Origin: Lepidodermella squamata
Taxonomy: Eukaryota > Animalia > Gastrotricha
Reading direction: 5' to 3'
Length of the DNA: 64,000 bases
Assembly (NCBI GenBank): GCA_047495785.1
Contig: JBLDXI010000054.1
Span: forward strand, 372,001-436,000
Shown: piece after piece, positions 40,306 through 53,157 of the stretch
Position numbering within the stretch: position 1 is the first letter of the stretch
Layout: every line of letters begins with the position of its first letter
Notes under the pieces: model-generated
Seen by the model: only the letters and a program-made list of their open reading frames with translations
Databases searched by the model: none
Told to the model about the DNA's origin: nothing
Program-made: the position numbers and the translations under genes

Positions 40306-43300
40306 ATGTTTGAAAAGCCTAGATTTATGTTGAAAAATCTAATTTTGCTTGTTGCAATATCAGGTTTGTCTCATATTTGGTGAAAAGTGATCAATTTTTC
40401 AGTGTTAGGAGTTCGATCGGGCTACGACCCGCTGCCGGACACAGCTTCAGTGCCATTTGAAAATGTTCTAGCAGGGCGACCACGCTACATACCCAGTTTG
40501 TCATTCGACCGCGAAAACCCCAATGTCAACGGCAATACGAGCCTCACGCTCGGATACTCCGCTGAATTCGCGAATAACGGAATCCGGCTAATTTCTTCTC
40601 AAACATACCCAGGCAAAACATTCGGCACTGCAAGTGCGAGTGTGAGTTATTCAAGGCGAAAAAAAACAATTTTTTTTTAAAACCCGAACCTATAGTTGAT
40701 AACTGATGCCCAGGGAGTTGTGTCGCCCTTCCGGGTTGAAATTGAGCTATCTGTTAGCTACAACGCAGCTCAATCGGACGCTTGGTTTGGATTCGGATTC
40801 GGACGTCTTGCTGATTTTGTACCAGGTAAACTTCTCGAATTTGCATGCGAAATCGAAATGTTTGTATTTTTATCCCAGTCAAATCAAGCCCTAGCGCTTT
40901 GTTTCTCGATTCCTTCAGCAGCTGTGGAGTTGGTAACATAATTTGGCATAAGCTCGAAGCTGGCGGTAAGATATACGCGAGCTATTCGGAGTATCGCAGA
41001 ACGGCACCGGTTAACACGACGTTTCGCCCGCCAATGAATGGGTCTACAGACTTTGCCGAGTCTCAGCCGAGCTGTGGTAACAATGCGATTCTCACGAGCT
41101 CAGGCAACATGACCTACCGAATTGTTCTACAAGTTCAAAAAGCGCTTGTAGATCACTCTGTAAGTTTATTTCTAAAAGTGATAAGCGATAAACTGGTTTT
41201 CCAATCATATTTCATTTAGCTGTCGATAGTTCCACTTACGGGAACTGCTTCCACTTGCATTCCGGTGGCTAACAACCTTGGTGGAGCGTATAGCTTAGAC
41301 GGCCTTATGTTAGGTCACGCCTCTTATAATATCGGCCCATTTTTCATCGGAATGGGAACCAGTGCCGATATTCTCGTCAAAAAATTGTTTAATATCACTT
41401 GTAAATTTATTGAATTCACTTATTATCGATATTTTTAAGTTACTACTGGAATACTCGCGGCAACTACGTTCCAGAGCCTGATACTGCTACGTTGCCATTT
41501 CCGCCAGATCTATCCGGTACACCTACGTTGAACCTTGTAAACAGCTTTGATAGCTACAGTCCGGGGACTTCTGTTAAGGAGACTAATCGGTGGAATCCCT
41601 CGAATTGCATGAATCTGATTGGCTGTTCACTTCGCCCTCCGACAATTCAGTCGCTAGTTATAGCTGTGAGTTTGAAAGGAAGAAAGTCTTCAAGAAATTT
41701 ATAGGAGAAGTATCTAGTCTGAAGGAACTTGATATCTTGTTAGGAGAACGGAAATTATTCATCCCAATCGCATCAATGAGTGCAGTAAAACTTGGAAAAC
41801 AATCAGTGTTTTTGCATCTAAGAATGTTGAGTACTTGCGAAGAATTTAAAAATAATTCAAATTTGGAATTTGATTTTGAAAAAAACACTTATTCATATAA
41901 GAGAAAAAAGAATCGGATTTCAGCATTTAATCAGATCTAAGAACTAGTTAACTTTTGAAATTTTCAATATGTATTTCAGCTCAGATTTTGTTGTAAAGAA
42001 CTGTAAATATTTGTTGATGTTTTGTGCTTTCTTATTTAACTAAGTGGTCCATTAAGGTGATTTTGATAAAAGAAGGGCTTACCATTAAATGTTAACGCGA
42101 GAGAGCTAAAATGATCGTGCATGATAGGACTTCGCCGGAACGCATCAACCCTGGCCCTGGCGCATCGAATATGACATTGATGCAAGTTATCCAACGAATG
42201 GCTCTGAATACTGGTTTATTATGAGCTACACCAAGCAATTTCAGAATGCTCAAATCGGTGAGATACTTCTTTATGAAGCACCGCTTATCATTGTGTGACT
42301 GCAATTTTTCTACAGGACCGACTGGCGGAACTATGAAGACATATTCTGGCCTGACGATTTCGCAGCGACTCGCGAACGGCAGCGGGGAACTATACGCTGC
42401 GTTCAACAGTGCTACGGTCAATACTTTGACCCCCGTGCCGTTCAACGCGATCAACGCGACACTTCCGGCATGTGGTCTCTCAGGATTGTTCAATTCAAGC
42501 GGCAATGCGAAGTATAGGCTAATTTTGCAGAGGCGCAATTACACTGCTTCGGTTTGTTTCCCACTACGCATATACAAATGCGCCCACTGCTTTCAAATGC
42601 ATTTCAGATGGCTATTACGACATTGCCTGGGTACGGATCGACCCCATCTGCAATGTGCTTTGAAAATTTACCGTATCCTCAGGGCGATGCAATGCTTGAA
42701 ATCATCGCTCTGAAAGGCGCTGTCACGATCCGAAGAGCGTAAGATAATAAATTGAACCCTATCTTGCTTTATATACTCCTCTTTATTACAGGATTGTCTG
42801 GGTTTTGTCAAATATCAACGAATCAGCTATCGATACGGTATCATCTACAACTCCTTTGAATATTGTATCCTCTCCTACAACAGAAGCTGTTCCAACAACA
42901 AAATCCGGGCTTAATGAATCCTATTACGATCCAATAACTAACTTCCCAGTTCCGCAGCTGCTCGACGGAAACTTTGACCCAACGGTTAGAATTGAGGATA
43001 TACTTCCCTGTCGGAATATCAGCGTAGAGCAGCGTGCACCGAGCCCAGGAACTCAGGTCTTCCTTCAGCTAACCATGGAAAACATTGAATCAGTCGACCA
43101 AAACCAGCAAAGAGCCTACTTTTGGGGTTCTCTGCTAGTGCAATGGCTTGTTTCTTCATGCGACGCAAATTACACGGCCCCGAATGCCGAAGATAAGGAG
43201 CGGCTTCTTTCAACTCGGAGAACTGACATTTGGCGACCTTCGATGATTTTCCCAAATAAAACGCCAGACTTCGACATAACTAATCCAGTGTGTGGGGAGA

Positions 43301-44034
43301 AAATTGATATTGCTTACTACCCAACTCGGCCAAAGAGAACGTTATACTTCCACTGGACGCGAGTAGGAACCTTCGCCACTAGTTGCAACCTCGAACTAAC
43401 GACCTTCCCTTTCGACCATCAAACCTGCCAACTTACGTTTGAAATCGAGGAAAATGTCAATTTCCTGTCGATAGGTGGCATGTACGTGGAAATAGCAGGT
43501 GAGCTAGATTATGGCAATTGGAATTTCGAGGGCTATACGATAGAACGCGGCACAACTTCGTCGTTTTTATACAATTCTTCTTACGCAAAACTCGAGCTGA
43601 AATTCAAACGCAACTCTGGCTACTACATGGTCAATTTTATGATTCCTTGCTACATTTTGCTGTGTCTCTCGCTTGGAACCCTGATGATGCAGCCTGACGT
43701 CCCTGATCGTCCTGCGATATGTTGCACAATCATGCTATCGCTGATTGTCGCTCAATCTGATGTCTTGCAAAGCGTTCCTCAGACCGATCAGCAGATTTTG
43801 TTTGCGAACTACGTGCTCAGCCTTACTGCTACAGTTGCAGCGGTGGCTGTATATCAAACTGTCGCATGCGCGGTCTTGGCTCGAGCTGAGGAAAGATATT
43901 CAGTGCCGGTAAAACTACTAAAATATGTTCCAACTATGCCGCTGATTCGCGTCTACGATATTTCGGCTTTTTTGTTGGCTACTTTCATAGTATTGGCCAT
44001 CAATTTGAAATTTATTATTTCTGCTGGGATCTAA
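40306..44034 (+). CDS. Cys-loop ligand-gated ion channel with N-terminal tandem lectin/jelly-roll-like domains, paralog 2 (about 946 aa)
   Basis: Exons 40306-40363, 40403-40641, 40696-40825, 40879-41159, 41220-41386, 41440-41665, 42128-42257, 42316-42551, 42608-42738, 42792-44034 give one open frame (2841 nt); Cys-loop CNLELTTFPFDHQTC; M1-M4. Confidence 0.85.
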
Positions 44035-44469
44035 CATTATTTAACCACAGATCGAATTGAGCTCGCAGTAAAAGTCTACTGCCTGTACAACTAATTTATC
44101 CTAAGCAAATGAGAAAAAAGGTCATTTACCTATTGGGAAGATTCTTGGGGAAACTGGATTTCTCCATGTAAAGCCATAGATTAATCCTATTCCTACATCT
44201 GGAGCCACTTTTAAGGGTGTTAAAGGGTCATACCCCCAGTCCGCTCGGAAGGGTCAGGAAAGCACAACCACATATGGATCATTACATTTTTCAAAGGTAC
44301 CGATCGTTAGACCCCACTGTGAAATACGAGGAAGCCTTCAAGAATAGTTTATTTACTTTGCGCACTGAGCAGTTTTCACTTTCATCTTCTTCATCAAATT
44401 TTCATCAATTTTCATCAAAGAGTGGAGTAGGAGATTGCTTTCCGTGAGTTACGTCCGAAGATTTTTTCT

Positions 44470-45618
44470 TCAAACTTGGCACGCCATACGGGATATTTTA
44501 GAAATCTGTTCAATTTTCAGATCGATCCGCTTGTAGTAACGATAAGTTTGAAACCAATGCCGCACTCTTGCCGAGGAAAGCTCAATTTGTTCGGCAAGTT
44601 GCTTCATTTCGCCATCTGTCGGCCTATCATTTTTGTCGAAAAACGACTTCAGCGCTGAATACTGAGAGGCTGTTAGCAACTTTGAACCGCGTGGTGCAGG
44701 TTTTTTTCGCACAGTCTTAGTCTTTCTGCAAATAGTAATTGATCTGTGTAGCATCCAATGCCGAACTCGGCGAGGCGTTGTTCCAAGTCTGGCCGATATG
44801 TCGAGAACGCGGTTTGCGTGAAGCCTTGTTGGCTTGACGAGCTCTTCATTCAGAATCTTGAGCTGCCAAGGCTCAAACCCCCTTCTTTTCTCGGGCTCGT
44901 CAATATTGCTTTCATTGATTCGGCTAACCTGAAAAAATTCAATGTGTAATCAAATGAATCAATTCCGAGACGGCGTTACTTTGTCATATGCCTCGTAATT
45001 CTTGAGCTTGGTTCCAGTCAGAATTCGTTGTCTTTTGAACCATCCCACAACATAACTTCTGGGACAGCCAATTATTTCTGCCAGCTCAGTTTTTCGAATG
45101 GAATTCGGCGCGATGTTGTCTTTGAATTCCTATTGATAAAGCTGTTAATAATTGAACATTTTAATTGCAGTCCTCACATTCTCCAACAGATTGCGATTTT
45201 CTTGCGTGAAAGTAAATCTCTTCTTTTTCGGGCGGTTAGGTGGTTTGGCCAAGTCACGTTGATAACACAGCCAGCGATCAATTCTAAAGATAGTCAAGCC
45301 AGTTTTCGCTGACATTCGTGCACGTTCTTCTTTACTTGGATAGGGATTCCCCCTAAACCACTCATGTAGAACGTCGAATTGAGCCGTTGACAGTAGGAAC
45401 TGTTTCTTTGCCCTGATTTCAGACACGTTCGACGCTATCCTGTTATTGAACCATTTTCGAATCCGAGCCTCGGATTCGTTTACTTTCGTCGACAGTAGAT
45501 ACGCCAACTCTCTTAGATCCTTGTTTCGGTGCTTTGTATCACTGAATTGCCGCTTTTGCCACTCTTCCAAATGGTCGCATAATATTTCAAGCTGCCAAGG
45601 TTCGAAGCCACGAGGCAT
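44470..45618 (-). CDS. Five-homeodomain protein, paralog 2 (shorter C-terminus)
   Basis: Highly similar to 36317-37540 with the same two introns. Confidence 0.8.
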
Positions 45619-45896
45619 AACGTATTTAATAACTAGAGAATCGAGGAGAATGAAGCAATCAATTGATAAAGATTAAAGAGTGCTACGGAACAAGAGGCTC
45701 GTGATAGCAAGATGGAGCCATCCTCATCAAATCGATGGTACAAGTCAAGAAACGGAAAAGACGAGGGCGAGGGTTTTATGTTTTCTGTTTATGTTTATCT
45801 CATGTCCCAATCCCAAGTGCAAATTTAGCGCGCACGCAAGATGTGCTCCACGTAGCTCGATCAAACTTCACATTGTGTTTCCGCGTTTCCAACCTT

Positions 45897-46180
45897 GAAC
45901 GTAGCAGACCCAGTGACGCTACGTGAACGGTTTGTCCTGTTCGTTCTCTCCGTCCGCGAAGCCGTCGAGCAGGTCCGCCGCTCTGCTGGCCCTGGGCCCT
46001 GGTCCCGAGCAGGCTTCCTCAAGCTCCTTTTCCCACCATCGGTGTTTAAATCTTCTAGCTTGCCCTTTCTTGCCGCTTCTCAGCTCTTGGTCTCTCGCAT
46101 AACCAGTCATCCGGTTTCTTTCTTCTGTCCCTCTGGTAGACTTAAAGTAAAGACTTTGAAGTAACCTAAAGCATGAAATA
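45897..46180 (+). mobile_element. Diverged LINE 3'-end fragment
   Basis: QTQ*RYV..FVLSVREAVEQVR..GP.PWS resembles EQTQRRYA..FVLPLREEVERLR..PVPRS at about 49090-49200; pyrimidine-rich UTR. Confidence 0.55.
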
Positions 46181-46434
46181 TATTTTGAGATGTTCATTCA
46201 ATTTTAATACAGCCCAATGTGCGTTTCTTGTAGGTTTGCGTGGGTGTAAAATCAATTTGTCTTACATTCAAACGATCTGAACTGGTAAAATGCGTGTTTA
46301 TTTTATAAATCGATCTATCATAATTAATTCAGATCCTGGCAACGTCATCAATGAAAACGTCAGCTGCCAGGAAAGCAAAAAGAACTAAATTTATCACAAT
46401 TCGCATAATACTATAGTAGTGATATGCCGCGAGA

Positions 46435-47727
46435 TCACAGGGTCGGGGCAGCTACAACAGCCACCAAGGCTGAGAATGCAAGAGCCATCTGGCTTGAGCT
46501 TATCATCACTGAAATAGACAGCAGTGTGAAGAATTACAAAAATTAAGAATAAATTGTGTTTACCAGCTGAGCTACACTTAGATTGACCAGAAACCGTGCC
46601 AGCGCCTGAGCCTGAGCCTCCTGAGCCCGAGCCACCTGATCCACCGGAGCCAGTCGTGCATCCCATGCTTGGGCAAGCCGGTACTGTCGTTGAAGTTTCT
46701 GTGAAAAACCGCAAAATAGGTTAAAGGGACAATATTATTCCAGGGATATTACTTTTGCAAACGCCTGTTGACGAGCCAGCATTTTCCGGGCAAATATAGC
46801 AGCCGTTGGTCGTAGCAGCACAAGTCGACACTTTCGTCGCCACAGTAGTCCATGGCCACATGTTGCAAGTCGCAGTCGTGTTAGTCTGGTTGAAAGTGCT
46901 CGAAACAGCTTTGGAAGCAAACGAATTAAGCAAGGAAATGAAGCACGCCCATTCCACACTTACTTGAGCTGAGGCAATACGTGCCAGTTGTCATCTTCAT
47001 AGAGGCATCGGCTTCGTTAACATCGATATCAGTGACTTGAACAGCCGTATAGCCACTCGCACAGGCACATTTTTGTGAGGTGCAGGCGAAACCGGTATTT
47101 TGGTTGGGGGCTAACCCCGAGCAGTCTGAATCCGTGGTGCAGGAATCTCCGATTTCCTCTGGGATAGCCGGGAAATAATAGATCAAATCTAAATTGTTCA
47201 GGTCAAAACTTACTAGCAACACAGGCGCCGTTCACATTTTTGTAGCCTGAGGCGCAGGCGCAGGCTGAACTCGTGCAGGCCAGTTTTGTATCAATGCAGT
47301 CAGATGTTTGAGAGCAAGTTTTGCCTAAATTATAGACGCAGCTCGATCCCGAGCGGTAGTAGCCATTATTACAGGCCGAAGCGCCGAAATAGCAAGCAGC
47401 ATTAGCGACGTGCACTTCGTAATCAGCACCAGTGCAGATTTCACTGAGGGCAACGTCCATCTTATAAACACAGCGGGTTCGGTTGAAGTTGTATTCCACT
47501 TGAAAGGAGTCAAATTAGCTTCAAGTAATTTCAAAGGGCTCGGTAGACTTACTTCCAGTTTTGCATAGGCAATACCCCATTGTGCAGCCCATTGTGCTTA
47601 GCGAGATGCACATTTCATTTGTCAATGAGCAGTCCGCATCCTTATTGCAGGAGGCAGCGTATGTTGCTGAGACATTTTCGATTGAGCAAGCTGCTACGGC
47701 AAAGATGATCGCGATTTTGGCAAACAT
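46435..47727 (-). CDS. EB-module surface protein, paralog 4 (Gly/Ser stalk)
   Basis: Signal MFAKIAIIFAVAAC; closest to paralog 3; GSGGSGGSGS spacer; hydrophobic tail MALAFSALVAVVAAPTL. Confidence 0.75.
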
Positions 47728-48944
47728 TTTCCTGAAAATCTACTGAAAAAAAGAATAGGATGAATTTGCACCTGATCTCAGGAGTTTTATTGAGGATTGG
47801 CTGTTTTGGTTACAGAGGACGAAGTCATAGTGTAGCTATGGCAGTTGAGTGAAAAAGCAGCCCCTAGTTCTCGAGAAACAGATAAATTTCGAACTAAACT
47901 ATTGGATGAGAACTGAGTTACTAATTTTTTGCTTGGCGTTTCTCACATCCCAGCATTTTATCGATATATCGTAGGTTTGCTGTGGCTACGCTTACTTCGG
48001 TGCGTTGGCTTCAATTATTCATTGGCCTTCGCCTGATGGCGCTGCCTCTAAGCCTTTGTTTTTTTCCTGAATGATAATATATTGTGTACACGTGGCGGCA
48101 TGAAACGTTGCGCGAATCGTGAAAATTATGGCAGTTTACTTTTATCGCTTAGCAGCAAGATGCATCATTGATTCTTTTTAAAGATCCTTTTTTCTAACCA
48201 GCTTCACCTGATCATCGTGGGAAGAATCAAATAACAACTTGAAATCAGGTTTCTGAAGTGAGTTATTTGAGTTCATTCGAAAGAGACTGCTGAGATTGTA
48301 CACGATACGGCAATTTTGCGGAACACTGAGGTCTCCGAAAATTCTCATCCTTGAACTAAACGGATATGGAATGAGAAAAAAAAGATTAAATAAAATGGGA
48401 AATGGGACACAAGATTTAGATTGATGTAAGATCTTCATATTCGATAAATTATTGAACGAACGTTGGTCACGCTGTATTATTCCACTTTTCACTCGGATCT
48501 TTCAAAATGTTTCAAAATGAGGAAATGGAAACCGTCATAACGTATGTGTTCCTATAACAAACCTGGCTACTGAAGTTTCTACCTGAAGATTGAAAAAATC
48601 GTTAATTAATTTTTGGTGTTTGGTGAGTCGTTCATTTTTCATGTTTTCGAATTACTTGGCCCCTCAACCCTGGGCTACCATCAGTTGTGGAAAATTATTA
48701 GCAACGGCACTACTATAGGAGCAAATAAGATCAATCAAAATGATATTCGCACGTATATTCACACCTTTCAAACGCAACGCGACGATGTGCCTGCAAATGG
48801 TGTGCTCCGTTTGTCTGCACGCTAGCCGCACTTTCATTGCGATCACCAGACCAATGCTACTCACCAGAGTAAATCTAATTCTCGACGGACATCGTGTTTG
48901 GAAAGAGGACAACAATAAAGATTTTTATGTTTTATGTTTTTATG

Positions 48945-49526
48945 TACCGCGCCCAAGAGGCAGCTGAAGCGGCTTGATGTGTTGCAGAACGACTGTCTGC
49001 GCAGCCTGCTAAACATCCGCCGCGATGACCGGGTCCGTGTCTCGGAGCTGGAACGCCGCTGTGGCGTGAAGAGCCTGCCTGCCTTTTTCGAACAGACCCA
49101 GCGCCGTTATGCTGCGAATGCAGTCCGGTTCGTCCTCCCTCTTAGAGAAGAAGTTGAGAGACTCCGCCTCTCCGCGAACCCGGTGCCCCGTTCCCCGCTG
49201 GCCTTGATCGCCAGCAGGCTTCCTCGGGGTCCTTTGCCCACTTTCGATGTCTGATCTTGCCGCCTCTCCCTCTCCCTCTCCCTCTATCCTTTGCTTTCTC
49301 TTCTCTATACCCTTCTTCTCCCTCCCATTCTCCCTCGCTGTGTTTACGTGTCTGTCTGCCTTCGATAAATCATCCATCATCCCGCCCACTTGCGTCCACA
49401 GCGCACTGCCGCCGGCAAGCGCATGTAATCTTGCGACTCCGCGTCGTTGATATCTTTCAATTATTTCGTCTCCCCTGTTTATATGATGTCAACGAACAAT
49501 AAATATTTGAATTTAGAAAAATTTAG
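48945..49526 (+). mobile_element. Jockey/I-like LINE 3' fragment (ORF2 C-terminus + 3'UTR + tail)
   Basis: LKRLDVLQNDCLR.......RVSEL; CT-rich UTR; terminus duplicated at 7295-7388. Confidence 0.8.
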
Positions 49527-49899
49527 CGGTGACGAAATACGGGTTAGCTCCAATGTTCCATATATATCAAAATGATGTTCACACGTGTGTGAATGCACAT
49601 TTTTGGCTCCGCTTCTCTGAACGCTGCACGCTGGCCGCACTCCCATTGCTCATCACTCGCTTCAACCCCACTGATTGTAAATATAAATTCGTAAATATAA
49701 ATACTTATCGCTTGCAATTTCTACACTTCTTTACCTGCAGTATTCAGAATTTTTTGATGAAATATCCCTCCGAACGAAGCAGATCAGATATTGATGCTAA
49801 GCTGACAAAGCAACAGCTGGTAAATTTCATGATGCTTTTGTGTTGCTTATTGAAATATCTAGGCATTCTTAAATTTAATTACTAATTTTGGTTGACATC

Positions 49900-51528
49900 A
49901 TGTCGCAAACGCAATTTAACGCCGATCAGGTCTCCTATTTGATGAAGGTATCGCAAAGGCAACGCTTTTTGAGCTGCTCTTTTTATTGTAATGACAATTA
50001 TTCTCCACTTGCTCAGTGCCTTGCGTTGATGCGAAAGCGCAACCTTACTAAGGATATTGCTGAGTTTATAGCGAAAAAGGTCGGCACAACGGTTGTCAAA
50101 GTGCAAAAATGGTTTCGCACAAGAAGGAGGAGAAGAGTTACAGAGAAAACTAAGAAAACTTGGCGTCTTGAAGATATCCTCGGGAAAGAAAAAAGCAAAT
50201 TGTTGACGTTGGAAGTGAAACGTGATCCCAAGTTGTTCAATGCGAGAAAGCAGCTGCTGGCTCGAAAATTTGGCCTTACCGAGCGTCAAGTTGAAAGATT
50301 CTTCATCGGTCATCGCGTTCGACGGAAGACATATGTTCGTTTCAAGCTAAATTCTCAGCAACATGAACTATTCGAGAAGGTATTACTGAGAGGCAATATT
50401 TGCTTAAACTTAGGACTGATTGTTATAGGAATTCAAACAGAATCCTGCCGCGTCGCTGCAAAGATTTAGAGAAGTTGCCAAAGCCGTGGGAGTAACATGT
50501 TATCAGGCCAGGCGTCTTCTTGGAGAACGACGAGCTCACTTGGGAATCCGCGGTAGAACAGGGACATTGGAGTTCGTTGGATTCACGGATTTTCAACCGG
50601 CTGAACTACAGGAAGCATTCCAAGCGACAGTGGTGAGGGGCGACAGGTTTGACGATGCTCTCTATCGAAGTTTGGCCGAGAAAACCGGATTGAAAAAGAC
50701 CGTAGTGAGGAATTGGTTCTCTAACAAGCGCAAATCAGCTGGCTTCGGAAAGAAAAGAGAAACTCTTGATCGAGCCAGTGTCTGCTCTCTAAATGCTGTG
50801 AGTTGCAGCCTTGATCTTGAAGTTACAATTAAACGTGTTTTTACTCAGGAGTTTGCCGAATCGAGTCGTATGGAAGATGGCAGAGTGCAAGCAATTGCGA
50901 AAAAGTTGGGATTAACTTTCAGACAGGTTAAACGCTTTTTCGCCATGATGCGAAAACGATTGAGAACTGCGAAAAATAATCTATCCATTCGTACACTGAA
51001 ACGTAACCAGCGAAATGCGTTGACTAAGGTTTGATAGGGCTTACAATTCCAGTCTATGCCATTTTATCATTTCTTGTTCAGGAATTCAATGAGAACCCAG
51101 ATCTACTGGAAACTGGAATGACGCGTCTTGCTGAAAGGCTGGAAATCTCTTTTGATATTGTGAAACGTTTCTTCGACATCCACCGTCGTGCTAAAGCCAG
51201 AGGTCGTGGTTATATTCGAGTGACCTGCGAGCAGCGGGTTCTTTTAGAAAAGGTAGATGAATTGACAATTTTAAAGTTTGAAGGGATTGCTTTGATTCAT
51301 CATTGTGATTCATTTGATTCAGGAGTTTGAAAGCACCACATTTGTAAAGCGTGCGCAAGCTGAACGCCTAGCTATATCAACCGGAATTTCGACCGTAAAG
51401 GCAAAACCAACTGAAAGTGTTTTTTCCTTCGAAAATTAATTTAATTTATTATTTAGATAAGGAAGTGGTTCAGTTCGAAACGCTTCTTTGAAAAAAAGAA
51501 ACAGAAGAAAGCAGCAATCGGTTCATGA
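49900..51528 (+). CDS. Seven-homeodomain protein (7 exons, about 426 aa), apparently intact copy
   Basis: Exons 49900-49947, 50017-50379, 50429-50797, 50849-51028, 51082-51252, 51323-51400, 51457-51528 form an open frame; VQKWFRTRR, GLTERQVERFF, VVRNWFSNKRK, QVKRFF, IVKRFF, IRKWFSSKR. Confidence 0.8.
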
Positions 51529-51949
51529 GCATCATTCTGTCTCCTGTTAAACTGTTTTTGATTTTACATTTCACGTCAAATGAATACCGGGCGCGAGTTA
51601 TCAGCTACCTATCTGATTATGGATGTCGGGATTCATTGGACCCTAATTGATATTATATCAGTTTTGAATAATCAACTTAGGGCCGTTCTTTTTCAGTGTA
51701 GCTAAAGGTTTGTGATGGAGCCGTGATTAATATTGGAAGAAATATACCTTACATCAATTGAAATGACCTTACTCTATCAATTTTCAATTTAGGCCGCTTC
51801 CTTACGCAGACGGCTTCTTTTGTAGCATGATGAATTCAATTTCAAATTGCCAGCCAGGAAGTTTCAGGTAATCTTTGCAAACAAAATTCTGAGTTAAACG
51901 AATTTTTATGTCAATTTAGTACCAATCACCAATCGTGGCAGATCGTTCA

Positions 51950-52930
51950 CCTTACTCGAGAAATGGCTCGAAGCTCTGTCGTTCCAGCACCGTTACCGTG
52001 AGGCTTATGCCCACCTCTGTCGTCTCGATGAGTTCTGTCCTACTTCTGTTGATCGCCTGACCTATATGAAGCTCCATGATGGCAGCGTTATGCCGCCATC
52101 TACTGCCCTTGCTGATGCACTGCTTGATCATTTCGTCTAACCGATGTCGCCCTACGTCGACCCCGCTGCTGACGCTGCCACTCGCCAGTGGTGGCAACAA
52201 GTCGAGGATGAGGTCGTTGCAGATCCTGACCTTCGTGCTTCCGCTGTTATCCGCATGCCCACTCACGGCGAGTTTTCTGCCAGTCAACGGATGCTCGCTG
52301 ATGCTGTTAGCCGTTTGAAGTCCTTCAAGTCCCCTGGCTTGGATGGTATTCAAAACATCTACCTGAGGTGGGGTGGCCCTGTCCTGCAAACCCACATTCG
52401 TCGGCTGTTCAACATGTCTCTTGGCAGTCGCTACGTGCCTCAAGCGGGGAAAGAAGCGGCTGTTGTGCCTATACCGAAGGCCGGCAAGCCGCAGAATCAT
52501 GTCTCGTCACAGCGTCCCATCTCCTTGCTGCCGAATGACGCCAAGCTCCTGGAGTCGATCGTGTCTCGGGGGATGACCCAGTTTCTCGAAAGTCAACACC
52601 TTCTGCCCGAGAATCAGTTTGCATTCCGTCCGCGCCATTCCGCGCCAGATGTCCCACTTCGCATCGCTCATCGCATCCACGTCAACCGCTCCCTGCGCAA
52701 GAAGACGCGTGGCAGGCCTGGATGTTCAGGCGGCCGACGATTCCTAGTGGCACGCCGGGCTGATCCATAAGATTGCCCAGGTGCCTCTCCCGCGAAATTA
52801 GGTCGTCTGGTTTGCCGACTATCTTCGCAACCGTCGTCTGACAACGGGGTGCCGCAGGGTTCCCCGTTGTCGCCGCGATGTATTTTTATACTATACACCG
52901 CCGAGGTGCTGTCCGCTGTCCGCACCAAGC
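51950..52930 (+). mobile_element. Jockey/I-like LINE reverse-transcriptase fragment
   Basis: KSPGLDGI, VVPIPKAGK, RPISLL..KLLE, LPENQFAFR, GVPQGSPLSP; frameshifts. Confidence 0.9.
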
Positions 52931-53157
52931 TTAGCTGACACTTTGCTGCAGGCTTACGTTGACTATTGGAGGATTCTAGAATCCAAGATCATTTGAGGAA
53001 AAATGTTTGTTAAGGTAATGATCAGAAATGTTAAATGTCTCTGATTACTGGCTCTTATTTTAATAACGGATTTTAGGATTCAATGTGAATAATGAAAGAA
53101 AGCTTCGGTTGTGTTATCTGTAGGTGAATTTCTCATATCTTCACTTTGTTTTACAAC

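Noticed and set aside
44210-44340. TTAA-AGGG start resembling a Kolobok/piggyBac end
   Set aside because: No matching second TIR found
48178-48915. Short ORFs on both strands
   Set aside because: No recognisable motifs or consistent exon chain
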